Below, in pieces: positions 48,670 to 57,633 of a stretch of DNA of 64,000 nucleotides (the stretch's first letter is position 1; each line of letters begins with the position of its first letter). This stretch comes from an uncultured cyanobacterium (lineage in GTDB: Bacteria > Cyanobacteriota > Cyanobacteriia > PCC-9006 > JAAUQQ01). Under the pieces are notes generated by a model. That model did not search any database. It was not told the origin of the DNA and worked only from the letters and a program-made list of their open reading frames with translations. Made by a program: the position numbers and the translations under genes. The stretch is from contig OY970368.1 of the NCBI GenBank assembly GCA_963718615.1, forward strand, positions 5,632,001 to 5,696,000, read 5' to 3'.

Positions 48670-49338
48670 ATGTTTGAGTCAGAAATGCTTGATCTAGAAC
48701 TGTTTGAGTCAGAAATTTTACTCCATCGCGTGTTTTGTGATGGGTTACCGGCGATCGCCCCCGCCGCCTATCTATTTGGCCAAACCCCAGACAACGAGGA
48801 ATCGGTTTTCGGGAAAGCTGAGGAGCTGATCCAAGACCATCGTGTTGAGCGAATTCTGATTCCAGGTACAGGTCCCATGAGCGGTTATCCCGGCATGGCG
48901 GTTTGGCAAGCCCGTTTGGGCCAACGGATTTCGCCCCGCCAAATTGAGCCGGTGCCCACGCCTCCGACGGATATGCTCAACACATTGAATGAGGCGGAAG
49001 CCGTGGTTCGCCATGCCAAAGCCCAGGGGTATGAATCGCTGTTGGTGGTTGCTGCACCGTTTCACCAGCAGCGAGCTTTGATGACGACGGTGAGTGTGGT
49101 CTTAAAAGAACATCCAACCTTACGGGTTTATAGTGCGCCTGGTCATCCTTTGGATTGGCAAGAAACGGTTGTTCATTCCCAGGGAACGGTGCAGGCAACG
49201 CGATTGGATTTGATCGCGGGAGAGTTGGAACGGATTGAGAAGTATGGAAGAAAGGGGGATTTGTTGGGGCGATCGCAAGTCTTGCAGTATTTGCAGGAAC
49301 GCGATCGCCCATCTCGCTCTATTCCCCATCTAGGCTAA
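48670..49338 (+). CDS. YdcF/DUF218-like protein
   Basis: NTLNEAEA, LLVVAAPFHQQRA, ELERIEKY. Confidence 0.65.
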   Translation: MFESEMLDLELFESEILLHRVFCDGLPAIAPAAYLFGQTPDNEESVFGKAEELIQDHRVERILIPGTGPMSGYPGMAVWQARLGQRISPRQIEPVPTPPTDMLNTLNEAEAVVRHAKAQGYESLLVVAAPFHQQRALMTTVSVVLKEHPTLRVYSAPGHPLDWQETVVHSQGTVQATRLDLIAGELERIEKYGRKGDLLGRSQVLQYLQERDRPSRSIPHLG

Positions 49339-50436
49339 AACCTTAACCCCAGGCTTCGCATATCCCCAGCGATTAATGGTAAATTTCCAATTGTCATAAA
49401 TTCGTTCAATCATCTCCGGCGTTGCGGTGTAGTGATTGGGACGATAGCTAGCCTGCTGTTCAATATAATTCTGAAAGATAGGAGCGGCTTGATCAAAACC
49501 AGGGAGTTCAAGCTGGCGATAAAGACGTGCAACTTCATCAAAGGGGCGATCCACCAAGTCTTCGTAGCGGATTTCAACGAGATTTCCCTGGGGAACGAGA
49601 TCGCGGTGAACGAAGAAACTTTCCATCAGATAGCGATAGAGCGCAAAAATATCATCCTCTAGTTGCTGATCCTCAAAATGATTGAATGCAAACTTAGACG
49701 TCTTTCTATACAAATTCCGAGTTGAGAAAAAGACATCGTAGGGATTCCGATAAATGTGGATAAATTTAGCATTGGGAAACATAGAAATTAGCTCAGAAAT
49801 TCTTGCAGTATTCGGAGGATTTTTGAGCAATAGCTGTTTTCTTCCTGTGTCTAGATAGGCTCGCTTAATGATCTTTAAATAATCTGCTTTCCAAGCTTGC
49901 TTTTCTTCCAGATTGAGGTTTTCGAGACAAGTGCCCTGATCAAAAATTTCTCGCAGCCTTTTAGGAAAATAAAGACAATGATAAAATGAATGGTTGGAAA
50001 TGCCTGCCAACGGAAAATCCTCTTCCTGGGGCGCATCCTGGGAAAACGCGACGTTATCTTGGGGACGGGTTTTAGGAAGACTTTTTTCCAGCAAGATTCG
50101 CATGAGTGGGCGCTCTGCTGCATAGATTTCCGGCGCGATCGACTGCAATAAAGACACAGAGCCAAAGTTTGGATCTTGACTCATCAAATTATGGAGATAG
50201 GTCGTTCCGCTGCGCCAGTGACCAATAATAAAAACGGGAGGCTGATGAATCTGAATAGAACGCAGCTTGCGGTTTAGACTTCTGCGTTCTAGCAACCGAA
50301 TAGGAGATGAGGCTAAACTCAATCCCAACGTCAAGGCTGCCATGGGCAACTTGTGACGATCGACCCCATATTTCAGAAATAGCTGAATTAAATTTGAAGA
50401 GGAAGTTGTGGATAAGGGGTGTATTGTGAGTGGCAT
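49330..50436 (-). CDS. PAPS-dependent sulfotransferase (Sulfotransfer_3, Stf3-like)
   Basis: PVFIIGHWRSGTTYLHNL, TRPQDN...PQEED, LLKNPPNTAR, IYRNPY, RYEDL. Confidence 0.9.
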   Translation of the reverse strand: MPLTIHPLSTTSSSNLIQLFLKYGVDRHKLPMAALTLGLSLASSPIRLLERRSLNRKLRSIQIHQPPVFIIGHWRSGTTYLHNLMSQDPNFGSVSLLQSIAPEIYAAERPLMRILLEKSLPKTRPQDNVAFSQDAPQEEDFPLAGISNHSFYHCLYFPKRLREIFDQGTCLENLNLEEKQAWKADYLKIIKRAYLDTGRKQLLLKNPPNTARISELISMFPNAKFIHIYRNPYDVFFSTRNLYRKTSKFAFNHFEDQQLEDDIFALYRYLMESFFVHRDLVPQGNLVEIRYEDLVDRPFDEVARLYRQLELPGFDQAAPIFQNYIEQQASYRPNHYTATPEMIERIYDNWKFTINRWGYAKPGVKVLA

Positions 50437-50880
50437 GGTAGATCCGACTGAAACAGATGGAAGAAAACTAAAATCCTGAACTCAGATGTAACCCCAAAGA
50501 GGGAGATATCAAGACTGTGAAACCCAACAGAACTCGCAGAATTTTGAGCTGTTTTACTCGCATATGCTTATACACACAATGCACAGCAAGACAATGATTT
50601 GCGTGTCACAAAGCGGTGGCAATTTGGAAGAAAACTAAAGACGCAGGACCGTTAAGGTGCTCATATCGTTTGCTTCCAAAGAGACACGGTCTGCTATTCG
50701 CGAATGTATCCCAATTTCCGTTGCTCTTTTATTGGTGATTACCTGTCGTCAATTATCAATTTTTACTGTCAATGCTTACTGCCAATCTTTAACAGGGGAA
50801 TCAACTCTAACGCGCTAAGTCGATGGTCACACTAGGATACTTAGATTATCAAAAAACAATCGCATTCTCGGTATAGACCG

Positions 50881-51084
50881 TCACATTTCTTCTAGTTGTT
50901 TTCCTAAGCGTTTCGCCGCCGCTCGTCGTCGCCGACAGCGTACCGAGCAGTATTTGACCTCGTCCCAGCAGTCCGCCCATTGTTTACGCCACTCAAACGG
51001 GCGATCGCACACCAAGCAGACTTTGGATGGCAGATTCGACTTCGTGAACTTTGGCGCTTGGGTTTGTTGCTTTTTCCGGGCCAT
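50881..51084 (-). CDS. DUF2256 small zinc-finger protein
   Basis: [19 protein letters not shown]...[12 protein letters not shown]. Confidence 0.9.
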   Translation of the reverse strand: MARKKQQTQAPKFTKSNLPSKVCLVCDRPFEWRKQWADCWDEVKYCSVRCRRRRAAAKRLGKQLEEM

Positions 51085-51210
51085 GATGCCTTTTAGTCAT
51101 TGCGAGTCAGTCAATGCGAGCTCAACCTGCATCTACTGTAATTTAGACAACGAGCGTCCTCGATCTACCATAGGAGATAATAAAAGCCGTCCACCGCGTC
51201 CTCCTCCGTC

Positions 51211-51993
51211 ATGTTGTCAAACGTCAAATCGTTTTTCGCGAAACTTCGGACCTTGGTACTCTGGGGCTGTTTGGTCCTACTGCTCTCTGGCTGCGTCAAG
51301 TATGATGTCGGGGTTACGTTTGACAGCCAGCATTCCGGTGAGATTGTGCAGACTGTGCGATTGGGCGATCGCCTCTCCGCCCTCAACGATGCCAGCGCCC
51401 AGCAGTGGGTTGACCGCCTCGAAGCGCGGGCCAGAAAACTCAAGGGGAATGCCAAGCGCCTTTCCCAACAGGAGCTCCAGGTCACGATCCCCTTCACGAC
51501 AGGCAAGGACTTCGAGCAAAAATTCAATCAGTTTTTCCGGGGCATGGGCAAGCAGGCCCAAGCCATGCCCGATGTGAATGCGGCGATTCAGCTCAAGCAA
51601 GCCAACTTCCTCTTGGCGGTGCGCAACCATCTGCGCCTTGATGTTGATCTGCGATCCCTAGGCATCATTTCCGATGACGAGGCCGTGGTGGTCAATCCGG
51701 GATCCCTGCTCGATTTGGAATTTCGACTCAATGGCGTGGCTCCCTCGGCAGCAGCCCCAGGATCCCAGGGTGTGGTTGGTCAGCCAGTGCCCGGTGGCAT
51801 GGTTTGGCGGCTTCAGCCCGGTCAGGTCAATCACATTGAAACGACGTTTTGGATGGTGAGCGGGCTCGGGATTAGTACCGTCTTGCTGATGGGGGCGATC
51901 GCCACCGCCCTTTACTACAAACAAACCCAAAAGCCATCCCGCTCTAGCCCCGTTCCCAACCTCGCTTCCCCCCGCCAGTCATCCCAACCCTAA
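51211..51993 (+). CDS. DUF3153-like lipoprotein
   Basis: Lipobox LLSGC-V, IPFTTG, DLRSLG, WRLQPGQVNHIE, C-terminal TM. Confidence 0.75.
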   Translation: MLSNVKSFFAKLRTLVLWGCLVLLLSGCVKYDVGVTFDSQHSGEIVQTVRLGDRLSALNDASAQQWVDRLEARARKLKGNAKRLSQQELQVTIPFTTGKDFEQKFNQFFRGMGKQAQAMPDVNAAIQLKQANFLLAVRNHLRLDVDLRSLGIISDDEAVVVNPGSLLDLEFRLNGVAPSAAAPGSQGVVGQPVPGGMVWRLQPGQVNHIETTFWMVSGLGISTVLLMGAIATALYYKQTQKPSRSSPVPNLASPRQSSQP

Positions 51994-52014
51994 GGAACCT
52001 TTGTCTGGCCCTGC

Positions 52015-52821
52015 ATGAGTCTTTCTCAGCCTCCTTCAAAACCCCCGCGTAAATCGACGGCTTCCTGGGGACAATCCCAGCTTCCGCGTCCCCTCACCGC
52101 TCTGTTGCTCATGGGTCAGGTGCTGTTACGGCTCTTGCAAGGCCGCTTTCACCGCCGCAACTTGATGGAACATCTCGCCATGGTGGGACCGGGTTCGCTC
52201 AAGGCGGTTCTGCTGGTCAGTCTGTTTTCCGGCATGATCTTTACAGTCCAGACCGCTCGGGAGCTGACTCGCTATGGTGCATTGGAAGCCCTCGGTGGCG
52301 CATTTGCCCTGGCGTTTTGTCGAGAACTGGCTCCAGTCCTCACCGCTGGGGTGGTGGCGGGGCAGGTGGGCTCTGCCTTTGCGGCGGAGTTGGGCACCAT
52401 GCGCGTCACGGAGCAGATTGATGCCCTACAGATGATGCGGACGGATCCCGTGGACTATTTAGTAACCCCTCGGGTCGTGGCCACGGTGCTAATGTTGCCG
52501 ATTTTGACGGTGTTTGCGATCGTGATCGGGATTGGGGGGGGAGCGGCGATCGCCCTGCATTTCTACGAACAGCCCCCCGACATCTTCTTAAACTCGGTCC
52601 GCAACTTCCTCACCTTGCAAGACCTCGCCGCCGTCCTGATCAAGGCCATGCTCTTTGCCTTGATCATTGCCAGCCTCGGCTGTAGCTGGGGCCTCACCAC
52701 CACCGGCGGAGCCAAGGGCGTAGGCCAATCCGCCACCGCCGCCGTCGTCACCATTTGGATTGGGATTTTCATGGCAGACTTTCTGATGTCTCTGCTGTTG
52801 TTTGGCACCGTTGCCGTCTAG
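52015..52821 (+). CDS. mlaE: MlaE/TGD1-family lipid ABC permease
   Basis: RELAPVLTA, GSAFAAELGTMRVTEQIDAL, TGGAKGVG. Confidence 0.9.
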   Translation: MSLSQPPSKPPRKSTASWGQSQLPRPLTALLLMGQVLLRLLQGRFHRRNLMEHLAMVGPGSLKAVLLVSLFSGMIFTVQTARELTRYGALEALGGAFALAFCRELAPVLTAGVVAGQVGSAFAAELGTMRVTEQIDALQMMRTDPVDYLVTPRVVATVLMLPILTVFAIVIGIGGGAAIALHFYEQPPDIFLNSVRNFLTLQDLAAVLIKAMLFALIIASLGCSWGLTTTGGAKGVGQSATAAVVTIWIGIFMADFLMSLLLFGTVAV

Positions 52822-53093
52822 TGCTGCTACGAAGAGCCCATCAAGGTCTGGGGCAAACCGAGGTAAAAAGCCGAGATTGGAACCCAGAAATGGGCATCCT
52901 GAGGATAATGGAGCTATCCGGTGTTTGGCTGAATTTGCTCCGTGAGCTGTGCCGTAGACGTCTATACTTTGGTGGCGTTCCAAAGCATCTTGAGACTGAG
53001 GTTAACCCCGCTTGGGGCACAGCTATTTGACATCCTTAGCATGGGGAGCGTAGCATTGCCGCCAATTCCCTTCCCCAACGTTCAGAGCACGAC

Positions 53094-53465
53094 ATGGCCA
53101 TCGATACTCAGAAGCTGAGCAGCGTTCTTCAAAACTTCGTCACCTCCACCCACGATATCCAGGGAGCCGCCCTCGTCACGCCAGACGGCTTGCCCTTGGC
53201 CTCTACCCTCCCTGCGGGCATGGATGAGGAACGAGTTGCTGCCATGTCAGCCGCGATGTTATCCCTGGCAGAACGCATCGGTATGGAGCTTTCTCGGGGT
53301 CAAATTGATCGCATCTACGTCGAAGGAGATCAAGGTTACGGGGTGCTGACCAGTTGTGGAGAAGACGCGGTATTTCTGGTCCTGGCCAGTCAGGCCGCAA
53401 AACAGGGACTGCTCATGCTTGAAATCAAGCGAGCTGTGGCGGAACTCAAGCTGGCGCTGATGTAG
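53094..53465 (+). CDS. Roadblock/LC7 (MglB-like) protein
   Basis: GAALVTPDGLPLAS, EERVAAMSAAMLSL, VEGDQGY, KQGLL. Confidence 0.9.
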   Translation: MAIDTQKLSSVLQNFVTSTHDIQGAALVTPDGLPLASTLPAGMDEERVAAMSAAMLSLAERIGMELSRGQIDRIYVEGDQGYGVLTSCGEDAVFLVLASQAAKQGLLMLEIKRAVAELKLALM

Positions 53466-53506
53466 GGCAGCACGGCGATTAATGGAACGAGGGAATAGGG
53501 CTTTTC

Positions 53507-54046
53507 ATGGAAATTATGCGTCTGGTGGTGACCGGAACCGTGGGGGCTGGGAAAACCACCTTCATTCGAACCATCAGTGAAATTGAGGTGGTGGACACGG
53601 ATCGAACGGCAACAGATGATACCGCGTTGATGAAGCGTACGACGACGGTGGCGTTTGATTTTGGGCGACTACAATTTGCACCAGATATGGCGCTGCATCT
53701 CTATGGAACCCCAGGGCAATCGCGCTTTGACTTTATGTGGGATATCTTGATTCGCAAGGCCCATGCCTACATTTTGCTGGTAGCGGCCCATCGTCCCCAG
53801 GATTTTCGCTATGCGCGGCGAATTCTTAGCTTTATGCGCCAGCGTGCCCAGATTCCGATGATTATTGGCATGACCCATGTGGACTGTGAGGGAGCCTGGG
53901 CTCCGGAGAATGTGGCCTTAGCGCTGGGGTATCTAGATTCCGAGCATCAGCCGCCGATTGTGATTATTAATGCCAATGAAAAGGGTTCCGTGGCCCAGGC
54001 GATCATCGCGCTGGTCCAGCATTTGATGCAGGGTTGCTTGGTTTAA
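53507..54046 (+). CDS. Small P-loop GTPase (MglA/CvnD-like)
   Basis: G1 GTVGAGKTT, G2 TTVAFDFG, G3 GTPGQSRF; G4 reads THVD. Confidence 0.9.
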   Translation: MEIMRLVVTGTVGAGKTTFIRTISEIEVVDTDRTATDDTALMKRTTTVAFDFGRLQFAPDMALHLYGTPGQSRFDFMWDILIRKAHAYILLVAAHRPQDFRYARRILSFMRQRAQIPMIIGMTHVDCEGAWAPENVALALGYLDSEHQPPIVIINANEKGSVAQAIIALVQHLMQGCLV

Positions 54047-54235
54047 GACGGTCTAAGGACGGTTTAGTGCGGTGGCAATGGGGCGATCGCCATCTAGCAA
54101 ATTAGGTTCTCTCCCCCGACATTTTCTAGCTCCCCACGCTACCGCCTGCCGAGGTGGGTTTGCTATCTTGGCCTTGGGAACTTCGGCGATCGCCCAAGCC
54201 CGCAACAGGACTCTAGCTTGAAGTCGAGGATTGAC

Positions 54236-55087
54236 ATGGCTATTACAGGGCAGTTAGCGGAATTCTCGCTACCTGAACTCTTCCAGTTCCTAGAGCAGGG
54301 TAAGAAGACAGGACGCCTTGCCATCGAAACATCAATGGATCCCTCAGCGGATGCCTCGGCCAAACAGTTTTCGGCCAAACAGTTTTATGTCTGGTTTCGC
54401 CAGGGCCGTATTGTGGCGGCCTCTAGCCGTGCCGATGGCCATGGGCTGTTGCTGCTGATGCACCGCCAGGGCTGGCTCAAGGGAATCAGTAGCCAGGAGG
54501 CTAAGCAATTTCAAGCGCTGGTTGTCCCAATTGGCGTCTATCTCAAAATTCGCAACGTGCTCAGTCCCGAACAGCTCAAGCTGTTGTTTTACCACCAGGT
54601 GATGCGCCAGGTTTGCGCCCTATTTGAGCTGCGAGAAGGTCGGTTTGAGTTTGAGAGCAAAGCCGACATGCCCATGCAGGAAATGACCGGGCAAATGATG
54701 CAGCCCACGGAGGTGACCCTGGGTGCCCTGCGGGTGCTGAAGGATTGGCGGGCCTTGGCGGAGAAGCTACCCGAAGCGGAAGCCAGCCTAGAAAGCGTTC
54801 TAGAGGGACAGCCTCAACTGCGCCTTAACCGGGCAGAATGGCAGATCTGGGAATTCGCCAATGGCACCATTTCCCTGCGCAACATTGCTGAGCAACTGCG
54901 CATGCCCCTAGAGGAAGTGCGTCAGGTTGCCTTTCGGCTGATTGTCGTGGGCTTGGCGGAAGAAATTCCGGCCCTGGCTGGAGCGGGACAGCTGGGGGGA
55001 GAGCTGAGCAGAGCAGGCTCCGAAGCGGATGATTTGAGCCCAACGTTCCTCCAGAGCCTGGTGGAATTTCTGAAAGGGAATGCCTAA
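54236..55087 (+). CDS. DUF4388/PATAN-like domain protein
   Basis: ITGQLAEFSLPELFQFL...KTGRL, WFRQGRIVAA, EGRFEFE, C-terminal winged-helix-like EWQIWEFANG...IAEQL. ATG 54236 follows GAGGA. Confidence 0.85.
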   Translation: MAITGQLAEFSLPELFQFLEQGKKTGRLAIETSMDPSADASAKQFSAKQFYVWFRQGRIVAASSRADGHGLLLLMHRQGWLKGISSQEAKQFQALVVPIGVYLKIRNVLSPEQLKLLFYHQVMRQVCALFELREGRFEFESKADMPMQEMTGQMMQPTEVTLGALRVLKDWRALAEKLPEAEASLESVLEGQPQLRLNRAEWQIWEFANGTISLRNIAEQLRMPLEEVRQVAFRLIVVGLAEEIPALAGAGQLGGELSRAGSEADDLSPTFLQSLVEFLKGNA

Positions 55088-55108
55088 GGCGAAATCCCGA
55101 AGCCTTCT

Positions 55109-56152
55109 TTAAGGGTTCTTTTTCTTTTTGGGCTGCTTTGATTTGAGGCGATTTTGCAAGGGTTTGACACGACGGCCTTTGAAGGGGGCGATCGCCTCCG
55201 TTGCAGCCTGCACCACATCCATATCAGCATCCCGCAACCCCTGCCGCAAAAAGGGCAAAGCTTTAACTGAGCGCAACTGGCCAAGCGCCTCGATCGCCTG
55301 ACGACGCACTGCCGGGTCAGGATCTCGAGCAAATTGCCCCAAGGGCTTGAGCAGCCTGCGGGTCTCTAGGGGCGAACTGTTGCGCGCAGCATCTTTCATC
55401 GCTAAGACGCTATTGAGCCGCGTGGCAGCGCTGAATTCGGCAGGAGAGGGGACGAGGCGATCGTCCGGTGCAATCGGCGCAGCAGCGATGGGTGTTTCTG
55501 GCTCACTGGGATTGATGAATTCCGGTTCGATCTCATGATCGATATTTTCGGGTTCGGGTAGTTCGGGTTCTGCTAATTCAGCCCCTACCAGTTCCGGTTC
55601 TACCAGTTCCGGTTCTACCAGTTCTGGTTCGGGTAGTTCTTCTGCTTCCGCATCCTCCTCAACTGCCTTTGGAGTCGTTTGACCAGACTCCCCAGGCGGC
55701 CCAGCCGCTTCCCCAGCCGCTTCAGCCTCTCCCCAAGGATCCGCCACATAGCCCACGGGCGGCGCTACTGGGATCGGTTCTGGGGGTGGCGCTGTCACGA
55801 TTGCTTCCGTCAGTGGAATCGCCGCCGCTGGGGCCCCCGAGCGCTGGGAGGCTGACGCATCTTTCGCCAAAGAAATTTTCGCCTTTGCCTCGGCCAACTG
55901 ACTCTTCAAATCCCCAATTTCGGTCACCGAAGCAGACCGCTGGTTTTTGAGATGGGCTAAATCTGCAGTGAGTTTAGACTGCTGACGCTGAATTTCATCC
56001 TGCACCCGATTTTGAAACGCTTGTTCCATATCAGCCAGTTGACGTTCTAACCCATCTGCCCGCCGAGCTTCCTCCTTGAGGCGATTCATCAAGCCCCAGT
56101 AGGCTCCACCCGCCCCCAAAAGAACACCAAGAAGAATGCCAACGAACAACAT
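55109..56152 (-). CDS. Membrane-anchored coiled-coil protein with acidic repeats and C-terminal HEAT repeats
   Basis: N-terminal TM, coiled coil, EPELV repeats (15-bp unit x3 at 55585-55629), DPDPAVRRQAIEALG and DADMDVVQAATEAI. Confidence 0.8.
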   Translation of the reverse strand: MLFVGILLGVLLGAGGAYWGLMNRLKEEARRADGLERQLADMEQAFQNRVQDEIQRQQSKLTADLAHLKNQRSASVTEIGDLKSQLAEAKAKISLAKDASASQRSGAPAAAIPLTEAIVTAPPPEPIPVAPPVGYVADPWGEAEAAGEAAGPPGESGQTTPKAVEEDAEAEELPEPELVEPELVEPELVGAELAEPELPEPENIDHEIEPEFINPSEPETPIAAAPIAPDDRLVPSPAEFSAATRLNSVLAMKDAARNSSPLETRRLLKPLGQFARDPDPAVRRQAIEALGQLRSVKALPFLRQGLRDADMDVVQAATEAIAPFKGRRVKPLQNRLKSKQPKKKKNP

Positions 56153-56333
56153 GAATGAACTCCTGCAAGCTGAAGGGCCGGATATTGCTGATCCTAGCAA
56201 TGGCTGTGTAATTTGTTGCCGCAGACCAGCCGAAAAAGAAACCCCGCAGCATAGACGCTACAGGGTTTAGATAAAAAGCAATAGATATGACCCCCAAGGG
56301 AAAGGTCATGGCCTGCTTAGAACGGATGGATGA

Positions 56334-56819
56334 CTAGGAGGACCAGACACCACTGGCGAGGCTCTGCAAAGGAGCCAAATGAGGCGTTTGACAGAGGAAG
56401 TAAGCAAAGAATGCACCACCGCAAGCGCCTAGTAGGAAGCCACTTGCAAATTCACTCCAGCCTTCGCGATCCAACGCAGGAGGTTCCGGCGTCGTCACGG
56501 TTGCCGTGGGCTTCGCATCGGTAACCGCTGCATAGAGCGACAGCGCAACGGTCAGAATCATGACAAAGCCAATCGTGGAGAGCAACCCAGCGGTTGCCGC
56601 CACATCCGAAGCCCGCAGGGGACCCAGGAGTGCCAACGGACCATAGAGGAAATAGCCATGGGCCATTCCGACTTCAAGACCGCGACGGTTGGGCGATAAG
56701 CCCTTCCGGTAGGCAGGCAAGTTTCTGATGAAAGCTTTTGAAAAACCGGATGAATTAAGGGGGGTTGCTAGATTTCCAACCTGTGGATCTCCAGCATGTG
56801 TCACTGCATCGTATGACAT
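56334..56819 (-). CDS. psaL: Photosystem I subunit XI
   Basis: GNLATPLNSS, NLPAYRKGLS, RGLEVGMAHGYFL.GP...LGPLR, GWSEFASGF. Confidence 0.97.
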   Translation of the reverse strand: MSYDAVTHAGDPQVGNLATPLNSSGFSKAFIRNLPAYRKGLSPNRRGLEVGMAHGYFLYGPLALLGPLRASDVAATAGLLSTIGFVMILTVALSLYAAVTDAKPTATVTTPEPPALDREGWSEFASGFLLGACGGAFFAYFLCQTPHLAPLQSLASGVWSS

Positions 56820-56899
56820 GCGCTAATGACCTCTTGTCAAATTTTAAGAAAAACCCTAAATGCTAGGTTAGGGGAACGTGATTTGTTTATTCATGCATT

Positions 56900-56917
56900 G
56901 TTAAGAATCTTTATACC
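56900..56917. promoter_or_regulatory. Possible HLR1 (RpaB) site in the psaL/psaI divergent promoter
   Basis: gttaagaa-tc-tttatacc, an imperfect match to the (G/T)TTACA(T/A)(T/A) direct repeat; PSI promoters are known RpaB targets. Confidence 0.3.
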
Positions 56918-57004
56918 CTTGGGTTTCGCGAGGTCTTCGCAGTAGGATTTTGTGTAATCGGCTTTTAAATCGGCTTTGTCGTTTTATAGGAAAACTGGAA
57001 AATT

Positions 57005-57106
57005 ATGACCGCATCCTTCCTACCCGCAATTTTCGTACCCCTGACTGCGATCTCCGCTTTCGTTGCCATGGGTCTGTTCTTCCTCTATGTCGAAGTTGAC
57101 GCCTAA
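57005..57106 (+). CDS. psaI: Photosystem I subunit VIII (33 aa), not in the ORF track
   Basis: Hand translation MTASFLPAIFVPLTAISAFVAMGLFFLYVEVDA*; ASFLP.IFVP and MGLFFLYVE motifs; adjacent to psaL. Confidence 0.88.
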   Translation: MTASFLPAIFVPLTAISAFVAMGLFFLYVEVDA

Positions 57107-57176
57107 GGGTTGAGACGGCTCGTCTCTCTTAGACTGCATCAAAATCAGTTTTTGATTCCAAATTTTTGTTAATGCG

Positions 57177-57230
57177 AAGAGTTTAGGACAAGACGATTCG
57201 ATTCGAAGTCATTGTTCTAAACTCTTTTTT
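57177..57230 (+). terminator. Long stem-loop terminator after psaI
   Basis: aagagtttaggacaa...ttgttctaaactctt stem followed by a T-run. Confidence 0.7.
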
Positions 57231-57243
57231 ATCTGTTGGTTCG

Positions 57244-57633
57244 ATGGGTAAATCAAAGCAAGGCAAGGGCAAAGCCCAAGCGAATCAAGGCAATCCTGCG
57301 CCTAAGGCTTCTGGGAGCGATCGCACGGTCTACCGAGAATTTGGTAGCTCAAATGCTGCCTTCGAGCGGCCCACCCAGGAGCTCAAGCCCCAGGAGCATG
57401 ACCTCCGGGTTCAGCTTTCTCGCAAGGGACGCGGCGGCAAAACAGTCACCCTGGTTACGGGATTCCAGCTCAAACCCGAGACCTTGAAAACGCTACTCAA
57501 AACCCTTAAGGCCCAATGTGGTACTGGCGGCACTGCCAAAGAAAACACCCTGGAAATCCAGGGTGACCATCGAGAGAAATTGTTACAGGCGCTTATTGGG
57601 CTGGGGTATCGTGCCAAGCTGAGTGGCGGTTAA
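57244..57633 (+). CDS. SUI1/YciH translation initiation factor family protein
   Basis: RKGRGGKTVT, LKAQCGTGG, LEIQGDHR. Confidence 0.93.
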   Translation: MGKSKQGKGKAQANQGNPAPKASGSDRTVYREFGSSNAAFERPTQELKPQEHDLRVQLSRKGRGGKTVTLVTGFQLKPETLKTLLKTLKAQCGTGGTAKENTLEIQGDHREKLLQALIGLGYRAKLSGG

